Notes: generated by a model from the sequence alone, not told the origin. A stretch of DNA of 64,000 bases from a virus (IMGVR_UViG_3300032213_002044:770-64769), one strand, 5' to 3'; positions 38,111-48,075 are shown, counted from the first letter of the stretch. A program made the numbers and translations.

Positions 38111-38972
38111 TTTAGTAATTATTAACGGAGATTCATTTTCCGAAGGTAATGGGTTATATAGGCAATTTGATACATACAAAGAAGAATGTAAGTATTACGA
38201 TTATTGGTTGGAATTAAAAAAACATTCTAATAATGAGGTATTCTTAGACAGGTCTTTTAGTTGGGGATTAAAGATAGCAGAATTATTAGGTGTTCCACTT
38301 TTAAATATATCTAAGAGTGGTTCATCTAATAAATCTATTCTGCGTAGATGGTATTACATATCAGGCATTGAACCCAAAGTTAATCCTTATTTCATATACG
38401 ATTATAAAGTTGGAGAAGATAATTGGGTATTTTTAGAACCCAATAAAAGAATTTTTAAGAAGTATGATAAATCACTTTTAAAAAATTATAAGAATCCTCT
38501 ATGTATAACACAATGGAGTGGTTCATATAGAGCGGATATGACTTATAAGGCTTTAGTACATTCTCTTAATCCAGGTATGAATCAGGTTAATATAGTAGAG
38601 GATTGGCTTAAGCACAATGATATACCAGTTGATTCGGAAAAATTTCATACATTCTTTTCATACTTCACCAATTTTGTAATGACTGATTATTTAGTTCAAT
38701 ATGAAAACTTAAATAATCTAATGGCATATAATCAATTAATGCAAATGAATAGGTTTGATTCTTACTCTATCGCACATCGAATGGCAAATAGTATGGAGTT
38801 TGGATATGATAAGATACTTAATAATGTATTGCCTATGAATGATACCAAACGTATAGAAGAGAACACTTATACATTAAAAGATGTAGGTATTGAAAACTTA
38901 CACTATAGTTTAGAAGGACATGAATATTTTGGAGAATCTATTTTAAATATGATAGAAAAAGGAATAATATAA
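38094..38972 (+). CDS. SGNH/GDSL-like hydrolase (weak)
   Basis: N-terminal VIINGDSFSEGNG block-I motif. Confidence 0.4.
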   Translation: MNMNYDLVIINGDSFSEGNGLYRQFDTYKEECKYYDYWLELKKHSNNEVFLDRSFSWGLKIAELLGVPLLNISKSGSSNKSILRRWYYISGIEPKVNPYFIYDYKVGEDNWVFLEPNKRIFKKYDKSLLKNYKNPLCITQWSGSYRADMTYKALVHSLNPGMNQVNIVEDWLKHNDIPVDSEKFHTFFSYFTNFVMTDYLVQYENLNNLMAYNQLMQMNRFDSYSIAHRMANSMEFGYDKILNNVLPMNDTKRIEENTYTLKDVGIENLHYSLEGHEYFGESILNMIEKGII

Positions 38973-40099
38973 TGGTTAAAGCTTTATACATACACAATAA
39001 TGCTGATACTGAAATAAGAGATGGTGGGTTAGTATTCTATCTACCAATCGGATTTACTTCAACAACTGCATTTAACAAAAATGTAAAGTTAATAGAGGTT
39101 GGTAAATCTATGGACACATTCAATTATAACAATCCAACATATGTAAATAAATTAGTTTCTAAAATAGAATCACTATATGATTTTGATTCCGATTTAAGGT
39201 TTATAATAAATTTTGGCATAGAAGAAAGTATAGTTACAGATGATATTATAAATTTTTACAAAAAAATTCTACATAATAAACCTATACTTTATTTAACAAA
39301 TAATATAAATTATTTAGTAGAACCGAATTTTATTTTATATAATAACAACGAATGGGTTAATCAAAATTGTGATGTTCACTTTATAGATGCGTTAGATAGA
39401 ATTAAAAATGCTGATTTAGGTACAATAAAGAAAAAATTTATGTTTCTTAATAATCACTTCTCTCCTATTAGATTTGATATACTTAAATTAATTCATAAAA
39501 ATAATAAACAATCGGAAGGTAATATATCTTTTAATTTAATAGATTTTAATGAAGCACAATTCGGTATAGAATCGGAGGAATGGTTTTTAAAAGAATGTGA
39601 AGAGTATGGTATTAAATATCCTATGTACTATGATACCTATCCTGGATTATCTAAGATTAGTGAAGTAGAACAACAGAAAAAGAAAATATTAGATATAAAT
39701 CATATAGGCACTGTTCCAATGAATTATAGAATATATTTTGAATCCTTTTTTGAAATAATAACAGAAACTCACCATTTATTAAACGTGCCTTCAGGTGGTA
39801 CATATATTTCCGAAAAAATATATAAGGCTCTTAAATCAGGAAATCCATTTGTATATTATGGAAAAAAAGAAGTTAAGCAACAATTAGAAAAAAAAGGATT
39901 TACATTTAATTCCCCTATATATTTTTTTGGAGTTGGAGAAGAATTTATGAATCATTTAGAAACTATATTAAATAATGATATGGAGTGGTATAATGATGTG
40001 CAGAGAAGATATTTGAAAGAGTATATAAATAATGTTCATGAATATAGTAATCTACAACGGCTTCAAAGTAATATAATAGTAAAATACATATACTCATGA
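38972..40099 (+). CDS. Glycosyltransferase, GT10 alpha-1,3-fucosyltransferase-like
   Basis: C-terminal ETHHLLNVPSGGTYISEKIYKALKSGNPFVYYG resembles the FucT motif FENSxxxxYxTEK(I)xxA...P(I)YWG. Confidence 0.35.
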   Translation: MVKALYIHNNADTEIRDGGLVFYLPIGFTSTTAFNKNVKLIEVGKSMDTFNYNNPTYVNKLVSKIESLYDFDSDLRFIINFGIEESIVTDDIINFYKKILHNKPILYLTNNINYLVEPNFILYNNNEWVNQNCDVHFIDALDRIKNADLGTIKKKFMFLNNHFSPIRFDILKLIHKNNKQSEGNISFNLIDFNEAQFGIESEEWFLKECEEYGIKYPMYYDTYPGLSKISEVEQQKKKILDINHIGTVPMNYRIYFESFFEIITETHHLLNVPSGGTYISEKIYKALKSGNPFVYYGKKEVKQQLEKKGFTFNSPIYFFGVGEEFMNHLETILNNDMEWYNDVQRRYLKEYINNVHEYSNLQRLQSNIIVKYIYS

Positions 40100-40539
40100 T
40101 TTATTGGTTAACAGGTCAGCCAGGTGCAGGTAAAACAACCTTAGTAAAAATGTTATATACACATCTTCATTCTCTCCGCCCTACTATTGTAGATGGTGAT
40201 GATATAAGAGAGATATTTAACAATAAGGATTATTCGGAAGCAGGCCGTAGAAAGAATGTAGAATTGGCACAACATCTTTCTCACTTCATACATAATAAAG
40301 GAGGTCTTGCATTAGTATCATTAGTTTCCCCATATAAAGACCAAAGAGATTCTTTTAAACAATTAATAGGAGAAGATAACATCAAAGAAATATACGTTCA
40401 CACAACGGAGGAAAGAGGTAGAGAGGATTTCTTTGTAGAAGGATACCAACCACCGATTGAAAACTTTATAGATTGTGATACGACAGTTGATAACGAATTT
40501 CAATCCTATAGAAAATTATTACAAAAATTAGATTTATGA
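40096..40539 (+). CDS. cysC: Adenylylsulfate (APS) kinase
   Basis: P-loop WLTGQPGAGKTT, VDGDDIRE (cf. LDGDNVRH), and GRRKNVELAQHL...LVSLVSPYKDQR (cf. DRKENIRRVGEVA...AFISP..R). Confidence 0.75.
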   Translation: MIYWLTGQPGAGKTTLVKMLYTHLHSLRPTIVDGDDIREIFNNKDYSEAGRRKNVELAQHLSHFIHNKGGLALVSLVSPYKDQRDSFKQLIGEDNIKEIYVHTTEERGREDFFVEGYQPPIENFIDCDTTVDNEFQSYRKLLQKLDL

Positions 40540-40913
40540 AAAAATATGCAATGTACATTGGAAGATGGCAAAACTGGCACAAAGGGCATGAATGGTTAAT
40601 AAACCAACAATTAAACAAAGGAAAAAATGTTTGGGTAGCAATTAGAGATGTTCCACAGGATGAGAACAATCCAAAAACTGCTCATCAAGTTTTTTTAGAA
40701 TTAATTGAAGAACCGTTCTTTATTGAAAATAGTAATAAAATTTTAATCAGTATTATTCCTGATATTGAATCGGTTAATTATGGTAGAGGTGTAGGGTACG
40801 ATGTAATCTATCACGAGCCACCATCCGATGTAGCAGTAATTAGTGGAACTGCAATTAGAACAGGTCATATGACACCCGATGGAACTATAACATACGATAA
40901 AACCAAAGGATAG
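40536..40913 (+). CDS. Cytidylyl/adenylyl-transferase-like nucleotidyltransferase (HxGH motif)
   Basis: AMYIGRWQNWHKGHEWL matches the (T/H)xGH nucleotidyltransferase signature (cf. TagD GTFDLLHWGHIKLL). Confidence 0.45.
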   Translation: MKKYAMYIGRWQNWHKGHEWLINQQLNKGKNVWVAIRDVPQDENNPKTAHQVFLELIEEPFFIENSNKILISIIPDIESVNYGRGVGYDVIYHEPPSDVAVISGTAIRTGHMTPDGTITYDKTKG

Positions 40914-41533
40914 TGAACGGAAAAGAGAAACTAATATTATCATCGGATGCAATAATGATTGATGAATTGAAAGAGAAATATAAAAACAATTTTGTTATGC
41001 ACAAAGGTGAGAAATCTCTAATGGTTAAGTTAGCTGAAATTGCTACTAAAAACGGAGGAGATATTTTAGAACTGGGATTTGGAATGCATTTATCAGCGGA
41101 TGCCGTTCAATCTAATCCTAATGTTACATCTCATACAATCATAGAAGTTCATCCTGAGATTTATAAATATGCTTTAATATGGGCTAAAAATAAACCAAAT
41201 ACCGAAATAATATTAGGTGATTGGATTGATATACTACCTACATTAGATAAAAAATTTGATGGTGTTCTGCATGATACTCATCGTGATGAAAATATTCCTA
41301 AATTTTTAGATTATATAAAACCTAATTGTAAGAATGGGACAATAGTTTCATTCTTTTATTTTCCTATATTAGATAATCGGTTTAACTCATATAGACATGA
41401 ATTAGCTGAAAGTGAAACTGAATACTTACCATATAGTAAAAATAAATCGTTTAGATATAATTACGAATTGAAATATACTACATTTGACGGTGAATCATTT
41501 GTTAAGGATAAAAATATAAAAAATATTATATGA
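40913..41533 (+). CDS. Hypothetical protein; possibly a class I SAM-dependent methyltransferase
   Basis: GGDILELGFGM motif-I-like segment; weak. Confidence 0.3.
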   Translation: MNGKEKLILSSDAIMIDELKEKYKNNFVMHKGEKSLMVKLAEIATKNGGDILELGFGMHLSADAVQSNPNVTSHTIIEVHPEIYKYALIWAKNKPNTEIILGDWIDILPTLDKKFDGVLHDTHRDENIPKFLDYIKPNCKNGTIVSFFYFPILDNRFNSYRHELAESETEYLPYSKNKSFRYNYELKYTTFDGESFVKDKNIKNII

Positions 41534-41742
41534 TAGTAGAAAGAAAGAGACATATTGCTAAAACCATATCATATCGTATTGTAAGTACTTTAGTTGGATT
41601 CTTATTGATGTGGCTGATAAGTGGTTCAATTAAGATAGGAGCAGCGTTTGGAGTAGCAGAATTGATTTATAAACCCATTCAATATTATATCCACGAAAGA
41701 GTATGGTACAAATGGATAAAATACGGATTAAAAAATAAATAA
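41530..41742 (+). CDS. Small membrane protein
   Basis: 70 aa; two TM helices. Confidence 0.45.
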   Translation: MIVERKRHIAKTISYRIVSTLVGFLLMWLISGSIKIGAAFGVAELIYKPIQYYIHERVWYKWIKYGLKNK

Positions 41743-42311
41743 TGTTTTATAAATTTATTGAAAACTTTTTAAGTAAAGAAGAATGTGATTTTATCATTTC
41801 GTATGGAGAGGATAATGGATTGCAACAAATGAAATCATCTAAAATCCTAAACGGAAAAGTGATTGAAGCGGATATTGAATATAATGGTAATAAACGAATG
41901 GGTGGATATTTTGTAGATGATTTATTATTAGATTCTCGTATAAAAATTATATCGGATAAGATTTTATCAATTTCAAATGAGTTAAACCCGTTCAATGGAG
42001 TAACATATACATCTATCCCAAAGTACTCATTTAATCGTTATTCCGATGGGGATTTTTTAGAATGGCATGAGGATAAGCATGAAATAATAAATGGAGCAAC
42101 TATAACACTTATTATTCAATTAAATGATAATTATGAAGGAGGATTAGTTAAATACAATATAAATAAAGTAGAGTATTCAATACCAAAACAAATGGGAAGT
42201 GTGTTTATTTTTGATTCTAACATAACACATTCGGTTGATATAATAGAATCGGGTCTAAGATATTCATTGAATGTTTGGCCATCATCAATTAAAAAAGTTA
42301 GTTTAATATAA
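41742..42311 (+). CDS. 2OG-Fe(II) oxygenase, prolyl 4-hydroxylase-like (paralog A)
   Basis: YSDGDFLEWHEDK (HxD), downstream H (ITHSV) and RYSLNVW (RxS). Confidence 0.6.
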   Translation: MFYKFIENFLSKEECDFIISYGEDNGLQQMKSSKILNGKVIEADIEYNGNKRMGGYFVDDLLLDSRIKIISDKILSISNELNPFNGVTYTSIPKYSFNRYSDGDFLEWHEDKHEIINGATITLIIQLNDNYEGGLVKYNINKVEYSIPKQMGSVFIFDSNITHSVDIIESGLRYSLNVWPSSIKKVSLI

Positions 42312-42322
42312 ACAATAGTATC

Positions 42323-42889
42323 GTGTCTAATAATATAATCAAAACATTTGAAAACTTTATATCAACGGAAGAATGTGATTTTATTTTAAATAAATGTAAG
42401 GAAGAATTAACTTTAAAAGCTGCGGAAGTTTATGTTGCTAATTCTAATGATAGATATGATACAAAAATTAGAAAATCATCGATTGGTTGGATATCCGATT
42501 TGGGATTTTTAAATGAAAGATTGACAAGCAAATTAAGAGAAACTTTCAATATAAATGGAATGGAAGTTACAGGATTAGGAGATTTTCAATTTACTGAATA
42601 TAAAGAAGGTGATGAGTATAATTGGCACACCGATGGTGATAATACAATCTTTAGAGATAGATTTACATCAATCGTAATTCAGTTAAATGATGGTTATAAT
42701 GGAGGGGTTTTAGAAATTAAAAATATTAAAGGTGAATTAGTACCAATAGAAAATAAAATTGGTACACTATATATTTTTGATTCAAGACTACTTCATAGAG
42801 TAACACCGGTTGAAACGAATGTACGATATTCATTAGTAAATTGGATATCATTAGTTAAGACCGATTTAAAAAAACAAAATATAATATGA
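42323..42889 (+). CDS. 2OG-Fe(II) oxygenase, prolyl 4-hydroxylase-like (paralog B)
   Basis: EYNWHTDGD (HxD), LLHRV, RYSLVNW; same N-terminal (T/S)xEECDFI(I/L) as paralogs A and C. Confidence 0.6.
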   Translation: MSNNIIKTFENFISTEECDFILNKCKEELTLKAAEVYVANSNDRYDTKIRKSSIGWISDLGFLNERLTSKLRETFNINGMEVTGLGDFQFTEYKEGDEYNWHTDGDNTIFRDRFTSIVIQLNDGYNGGVLEIKNIKGELVPIENKIGTLYIFDSRLLHRVTPVETNVRYSLVNWISLVKTDLKKQNII

Positions 42890-44133
42890 AAAATGTAATT
42901 GTTATTGGAGGAGGAACTGCGGGTTGGTTGACTGCTTTATCCGTTAATAAATTTTGGAAAGATGCTTCCGTTACCTTAATTGAAAGTTCTAAGATAGGAA
43001 TTTTAGGTGCGGGTGAAGGTGGTACACCAAATTTCGGAGCATTCTTATCTCTATTAGGAATAAATCAAAATGATTTTTATAAGAGAACAGGGTGTACGAG
43101 TAAAATTGGATTAACTCTAACGAATTGGACAGGTGATGGCAAGAGTTCATCACATCTTTTTACAGGCCCTAAACCTAATGAGTTTAAGCAAAATTTTGCA
43201 TATCACTTTGATGCTAGAATGGTGGCGGAATATTTGAAAGAGATATCTTTATCTAGAGGTGTTAAATGGATTGATGGTGAAGTTGATAATGTAGGTAAGG
43301 AAGGAGATGATATCCATTCTGTTTCACTTAAGGATGGAACTGATATTAAAGATATAGATTTTATATTTGATTGCAGTGGATTTGCTAGAATTATCATAGG
43401 TAAAGTTCATAATGAAGAGTGGATTGATTATTCCAAATATCTTTTATTGAATAGAGCTATGGCATATTTTCTACCACAAGAAAATCAATATTCAATAGGA
43501 GATGTTACCCACACTAACATGATTTCAATGAATTCAGGATGGATGTGGCAGATACCATTACAACATAGATGGGGATGTGGATATACATTTAACTCAGAAT
43601 TTATTACCGTTGATGAAGCTAAAAAAGAGGTAGAAGATTATATTGGTAAAGAAATTACTATACAAAAAGTATTTGATTTTAAGCCTGGTACACATAAGAG
43701 GAGTTGGATAGGTAATAGTGTTGCAATTGGATTATCATATGGATTCATAGAACCATTGGAAGCTACTTCGTTGATGTCAACTATAATGCAATTAAGGAGA
43801 ATAATAAGTGCTAAATTCGATGTTTCTCTTAGAGATAGATTTAATGATACTTGCTCTAGTATCAATGAGCAAAATATGATGTTCGTTAGATATCATTATT
43901 TAGCCGAAAGGTTTGATACTCCTTTTTGGAAAGCATCATATGAAATGCCTATTCCTGAGAAGTTACAACTTATATTAGATGCGGATAATAATATAATCCC
44001 AAAAACAAATGCTGAATTACTGAAAATTTTTGATTTAAAAGAAGTGGATGAAATGGAATTAACTTTCTTTACTTATAATTATCAAATGATTTTTAAGAAA
44101 AATAAAAAAGTTTCAATAAAAGAATTAATATAA
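42886..44133 (+). CDS. Flavin-dependent halogenase family protein (tryptophan-halogenase-like)
   Basis: VIVIGGGTAGWLTA FAD motif (GxGxxG followed by W) and GWMWQIPL (WxWxIP), plus FIEPLEATS. Confidence 0.7.
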   Translation: MKNVIVIGGGTAGWLTALSVNKFWKDASVTLIESSKIGILGAGEGGTPNFGAFLSLLGINQNDFYKRTGCTSKIGLTLTNWTGDGKSSSHLFTGPKPNEFKQNFAYHFDARMVAEYLKEISLSRGVKWIDGEVDNVGKEGDDIHSVSLKDGTDIKDIDFIFDCSGFARIIIGKVHNEEWIDYSKYLLLNRAMAYFLPQENQYSIGDVTHTNMISMNSGWMWQIPLQHRWGCGYTFNSEFITVDEAKKEVEDYIGKEITIQKVFDFKPGTHKRSWIGNSVAIGLSYGFIEPLEATSLMSTIMQLRRIISAKFDVSLRDRFNDTCSSINEQNMMFVRYHYLAERFDTPFWKASYEMPIPEKLQLILDADNNIIPKTNAELLKIFDLKEVDEMELTFFTYNYQMIFKKNKKVSIKELI

Positions 44134-44134
44134 T

Positions 44135-44782
44135 ATGGAAAAAATTTATTTCGATGATGCCACTTTTATATGGAAAGGCAAATTAGATTTATCCATGTAT
44201 AAGGATATAATTTTAAGGGAAGCAAATGAAGTAATAGATTCTTTAAAAGAAGTAGTTCATACCGATGGATTTGGTTATAAAATAGAATGGACTAATGATA
44301 TAAATTTCAATGGGAACTTTTCTATACAAAATAAATTAGATGAGGTTTGTCAATATGGAATTGATGTATGTAAAGATATATACTTAGAGCAGTTTGGTAA
44401 AGAATTTAATAAAGTTAACACCGATGCATGGGTAAATGTTGTTCGTTCAAAAGAGCCGGTGCAAGAAAACTTCTATGATAAAAAACAAAAATACCATATT
44501 CATACAGAAATTAATAAGAAAACAAAATCATTTGTTCCCGATTATACATATGTTTATTATATACAGATGCCAGATACGATGGAAGGTGAGGATGGTGTTT
44601 TATATTTTAAAGGAAAGGATGATACAGAATATTGGATAAGACCTGAAGAAGATGATATAATAGTAATGGAAGGTTGGATGCCACACGCTCCAAACAATGC
44701 ACCTACCTCTACAATAGATAGAGTTGTATTAGCGGGAAATGTTGGATTTGATTTTATTAAAAAAGAAAAAAGTTTACTTTAA
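44135..44782 (+). CDS. Hypothetical protein
   Basis: 215-aa ORF inside the modification cluster. Confidence 0.5.
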   Translation: MEKIYFDDATFIWKGKLDLSMYKDIILREANEVIDSLKEVVHTDGFGYKIEWTNDINFNGNFSIQNKLDEVCQYGIDVCKDIYLEQFGKEFNKVNTDAWVNVVRSKEPVQENFYDKKQKYHIHTEINKKTKSFVPDYTYVYYIQMPDTMEGEDGVLYFKGKDDTEYWIRPEEDDIIVMEGWMPHAPNNAPTSTIDRVVLAGNVGFDFIKKEKSLL

Positions 44783-45507
44783 TGTTAATTGATAATAAAT
44801 TTGTTTATTTATCCTTACCTAGATGTGCATCAACTTCTTTTCATATCTCGTGTATTAGACATAATTTTGATGTAAAGCATGCCAATCCTAAGTTTGATAA
44901 ATCTTATAAAAATGATGAATTAATTAAATTAAGTAATATGGAATTGGTATATGATATAAATCATTTTCATGAGACAATTAATGAGTTAACAGAAACATTT
45001 GGTAGAGAATATGATATAATATCAGTTAAACGAAATAGATACGATAGATATATATCTTATTTTAATCATTGTATTGGAGAACTACAACGACATGACATTT
45101 TTATGATAGCGGATACATTATTAGAATTAAATGTAGATGATATTTTGTTTTATAAAAGTGAAGACCTAATAAGTAAAGAATCCAGACTTGATTTACTTAA
45201 CACATTTCTTAAAAGAATAGGTTATTTAAATTTTCATAAAAGATTAGAATCTTTATTATTACCATTGTTTTCACCCATGTCTGTTTACCACAATAATAAT
45301 TCTAACATAATTTGGTTTGATTTTACTAATTTAAAACATTTAGAAGAGTGGGTATCATTTAAAACAAGTAAACCTTTTAAGCTAGAAATGTTTGGTTCTA
45401 GTATTGATTATAAATCTAATATAATAAATGATGAATATTTTGTAAAAAAATATAATTCAATATATGATTACTATGATTTTTTTAAAAAACAAGATACCTT
45501 AATTTAA
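44782..45507 (+). CDS. Sulfotransferase-like protein (paralog 1)
   Basis: LSLPRCASTSFH PAPS 5'-phosphosulfate-binding-loop-like motif; paralog of the next gene. Confidence 0.35.
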   Translation: MLIDNKFVYLSLPRCASTSFHISCIRHNFDVKHANPKFDKSYKNDELIKLSNMELVYDINHFHETINELTETFGREYDIISVKRNRYDRYISYFNHCIGELQRHDIFMIADTLLELNVDDILFYKSEDLISKESRLDLLNTFLKRIGYLNFHKRLESLLLPLFSPMSVYHNNNSNIIWFDFTNLKHLEEWVSFKTSKPFKLEMFGSSIDYKSNIINDEYFVKKYNSIYDYYDFFKKQDTLI

Positions 45508-45508
45508 T

Positions 45509-46255
45509 ATGTTAATTGACAATAAATTTTTATATATTTCTCTACCTAGATGTGGCTCTACATCATTTCATTATTCATGTATCATAAATGGATTAGATGT
45601 AAAGAATTTAGATACTCGTGCTGACTATGAAAATTCTAAGATAGATTTTGGTTCTATAGATGAATCCAACATAATGAATTTTATAGAGCACGGTCATACA
45701 CCCTTAAGTGAACTACAGAATAAATTTGGATATGATTTACCTATAATAGCAACTAAAAGAGATAGGTATGAGAGATTCTATTCTTTATACAGGCATATTA
45801 TATATGATTTAGATAGAGTTGGTCTAACTAAATTATCTTCCGAAATTTGTAATCTAGATTTAAATGAATTATTCTTTTTCAATACAATGGATATTATATC
45901 AAAAAGAAAAAGATATGATTCTATTTATTCTTTTTTAATTAAATTAATACCTGAAATAAAGTATAATGAAAGTGATAGTTTTTATCAATATGTAATTAAC
46001 GTAATTGATATTTTATTAACACCTATTTCACACTGGCATAATCATGACAAAAATATTATTTGGTTTGATATAAATGAAACGAATAAGATGGAAGAATGGG
46101 TATCAAATATCACAAATATCGAATTTAAATTAAAACATGTAAATTCTAGTATGTTTATCCAACCTAAGTTGAAGTTGGATAGTGAATTTATAGAAAGATA
46201 TGATTCTGTATATGAATACTATGATTTTCCAAAGAGCAATAAATCACTATTATAA
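45509..46255 (+). CDS. Sulfotransferase-like protein (paralog 2)
   Basis: ISLPRCGSTSFH; RDRYERFYSLY region resembles the 3'-PB. Confidence 0.35.
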   Translation: MLIDNKFLYISLPRCGSTSFHYSCIINGLDVKNLDTRADYENSKIDFGSIDESNIMNFIEHGHTPLSELQNKFGYDLPIIATKRDRYERFYSLYRHIIYDLDRVGLTKLSSEICNLDLNELFFFNTMDIISKRKRYDSIYSFLIKLIPEIKYNESDSFYQYVINVIDILLTPISHWHNHDKNIIWFDINETNKMEEWVSNITNIEFKLKHVNSSMFIQPKLKLDSEFIERYDSVYEYYDFPKSNKSLL

Positions 46256-46548
46256 TGAATATACCAAACTATAGAGAAATATTTGAAGCATGGATAATTT
46301 CTAAAAATCCAACGGAAACGCAGAAATTGATGGCAAATGATAGGTTAGATATATGTAAGACTTGTGAGTATAGAAAGGAGATTTTTAAAGGTAATAAATG
46401 GTCTACTATATGCAAAAAATGTGGATGTCCATTGAGTAAAAAAGTATTTTCCCCGTTGTTTAATCCATGTCCAATGGAAAAATGGGAGGAAATTGATTCT
46501 AACTATATGCAGAAAGTACCCAAAAAATCAAAGAGTACTATAATATAA
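46255..46548 (+). CDS. Small Cys-rich protein (zinc-ribbon-like)
   Basis: CKTCEY...CKKCGCPL...NPCPME. Confidence 0.45.
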   Translation: MNIPNYREIFEAWIISKNPTETQKLMANDRLDICKTCEYRKEIFKGNKWSTICKKCGCPLSKKVFSPLFNPCPMEKWEEIDSNYMQKVPKKSKSTII

Positions 46549-46584
46549 AAAATAGATATTTATACTAAATTAACAGAATAATAT

Positions 46585-48075
46585 ATGAAAGGAGTGATAA
46601 TTGGCAGTGATTTGTTGGAACACAACGGAGATGTCAAGTTTATAGAAATTAACACTAATACAACTATCTATAATAATGGAGCCGAACTGCTTGATTATGA
46701 TAGTTTATTTGATATGCTTACTTCCAATGGGATAACCGAATTCCATTTTATTTGGACAGAATACGATGCGTTTACACCTCTATACGAACCATATAAGTTT
46801 AGGGAAATCGTAGAACAAAGGTGTTCTGATAATAACATTTCATTCCATGCTTATGTTGTACCAATGGGTTCTATTACAATTCCTTATATAGAAGATTCCG
46901 CAACTAAGTTTATCTTACGACAATCATATGATACAACTGCTCTAATAGATGAAACATATTGTGCGGATAAGTTTGGATTTTTCGATTTAATGCATAGTTC
47001 AGAATATATTCCAAAAACATTTTTTGATACGGCTGAAATAAATTTTGATACATTAGATTCTGTAGATTACAGTAGTAGTTTACATCCTAATATTTTAATA
47101 AAAGCTAGATATCCACAATATGATAAAGTTTCGTATCCAGAAATTCAGATTATTAGTAATAATTCTGAATTAGATAATATAAAGAGTAATCTTCCTACTA
47201 ACTATTTGGCACAGGAATTTATATATTCTGAGGATAATTTAGTTGAAGATAGATATTCTGTAATTAGAAGTATAGATATATTGTATGGTCCCAATTTAGA
47301 TGTAATAAATATGGGAGGGTATAGACAATCTACTATTTTACCAATTTCAACATTTGAGAATGAATTTAAAAGTGGTTCTACAATATTAGACCAAAAAAGT
47401 AGATACAAATATATCACAAAAATGATAGATGATGTAAAACATGAATATCATACAGATGAAGATTCTTTAATTGTAGATTATACTGGTTCACTACAAAGAG
47501 CCGATGCTATACAATTAGGTACTTATATTCGTTCAATTGATTTTGTTGATTTCAATGGTAATCATGCAGCTAACTTCGAAGAAGGAAAATTAGATGTATT
47601 AGGATGGGAAAGTACATTACAACAATCCAAAGATACGTTAGCTCAAACTACCTCTAGTTTAAATAATATTGTATCTGCATCGGTTGATACTATGTTTATT
47701 AGAGTTACATTGACAGATGGTAGAAGCTGGATAGATTCACCTGCGTGTACATACTATATAGAGGAATCTGGTTCATTAGCAACTAGATTTGAAATATTAA
47801 ATAAAATGTATGTAGGAGACAAAATAGTAATCACAAATGCGGAAACTTCTGAATTAACTACATTAGAAATCGCAGGATTAGAAATGGAACACACAAAAAT
47901 GACGGTATATGCTTTGGATTTTGAACCATCCGACCTTTTCTTAGTTGATTTAGGAGCGGGTAATTTTGGAGTAATGCACAACCCCTGTTGGTGTCCATGG
48001 AGTTATTGTGGAAATTGGTGCTTTAGTAGCTATTGCAGCCAATGTGGTGGTGGTCGTCCACCTGCGAAAGTTTAA
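46585..48075 (+). CDS. Large protein of unknown function with Cys/Trp-rich C-terminal tail
   Basis: C-terminal HNPCWCPWSYCGNWCFSSYCSQCGGGRPPAKV: 7 Cys, 3 Trp, 2 Tyr, 4 Pro in the last 32 aa. Confidence 0.55.
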   Translation: MKGVIIGSDLLEHNGDVKFIEINTNTTIYNNGAELLDYDSLFDMLTSNGITEFHFIWTEYDAFTPLYEPYKFREIVEQRCSDNNISFHAYVVPMGSITIPYIEDSATKFILRQSYDTTALIDETYCADKFGFFDLMHSSEYIPKTFFDTAEINFDTLDSVDYSSSLHPNILIKARYPQYDKVSYPEIQIISNNSELDNIKSNLPTNYLAQEFIYSEDNLVEDRYSVIRSIDILYGPNLDVINMGGYRQSTILPISTFENEFKSGSTILDQKSRYKYITKMIDDVKHEYHTDEDSLIVDYTGSLQRADAIQLGTYIRSIDFVDFNGNHAANFEEGKLDVLGWESTLQQSKDTLAQTTSSLNNIVSASVDTMFIRVTLTDGRSWIDSPACTYYIEESGSLATRFEILNKMYVGDKIVITNAETSELTTLEIAGLEMEHTKMTVYALDFEPSDLFLVDLGAGNFGVMHNPCWCPWSYCGNWCFSSYCSQCGGGRPPAKV

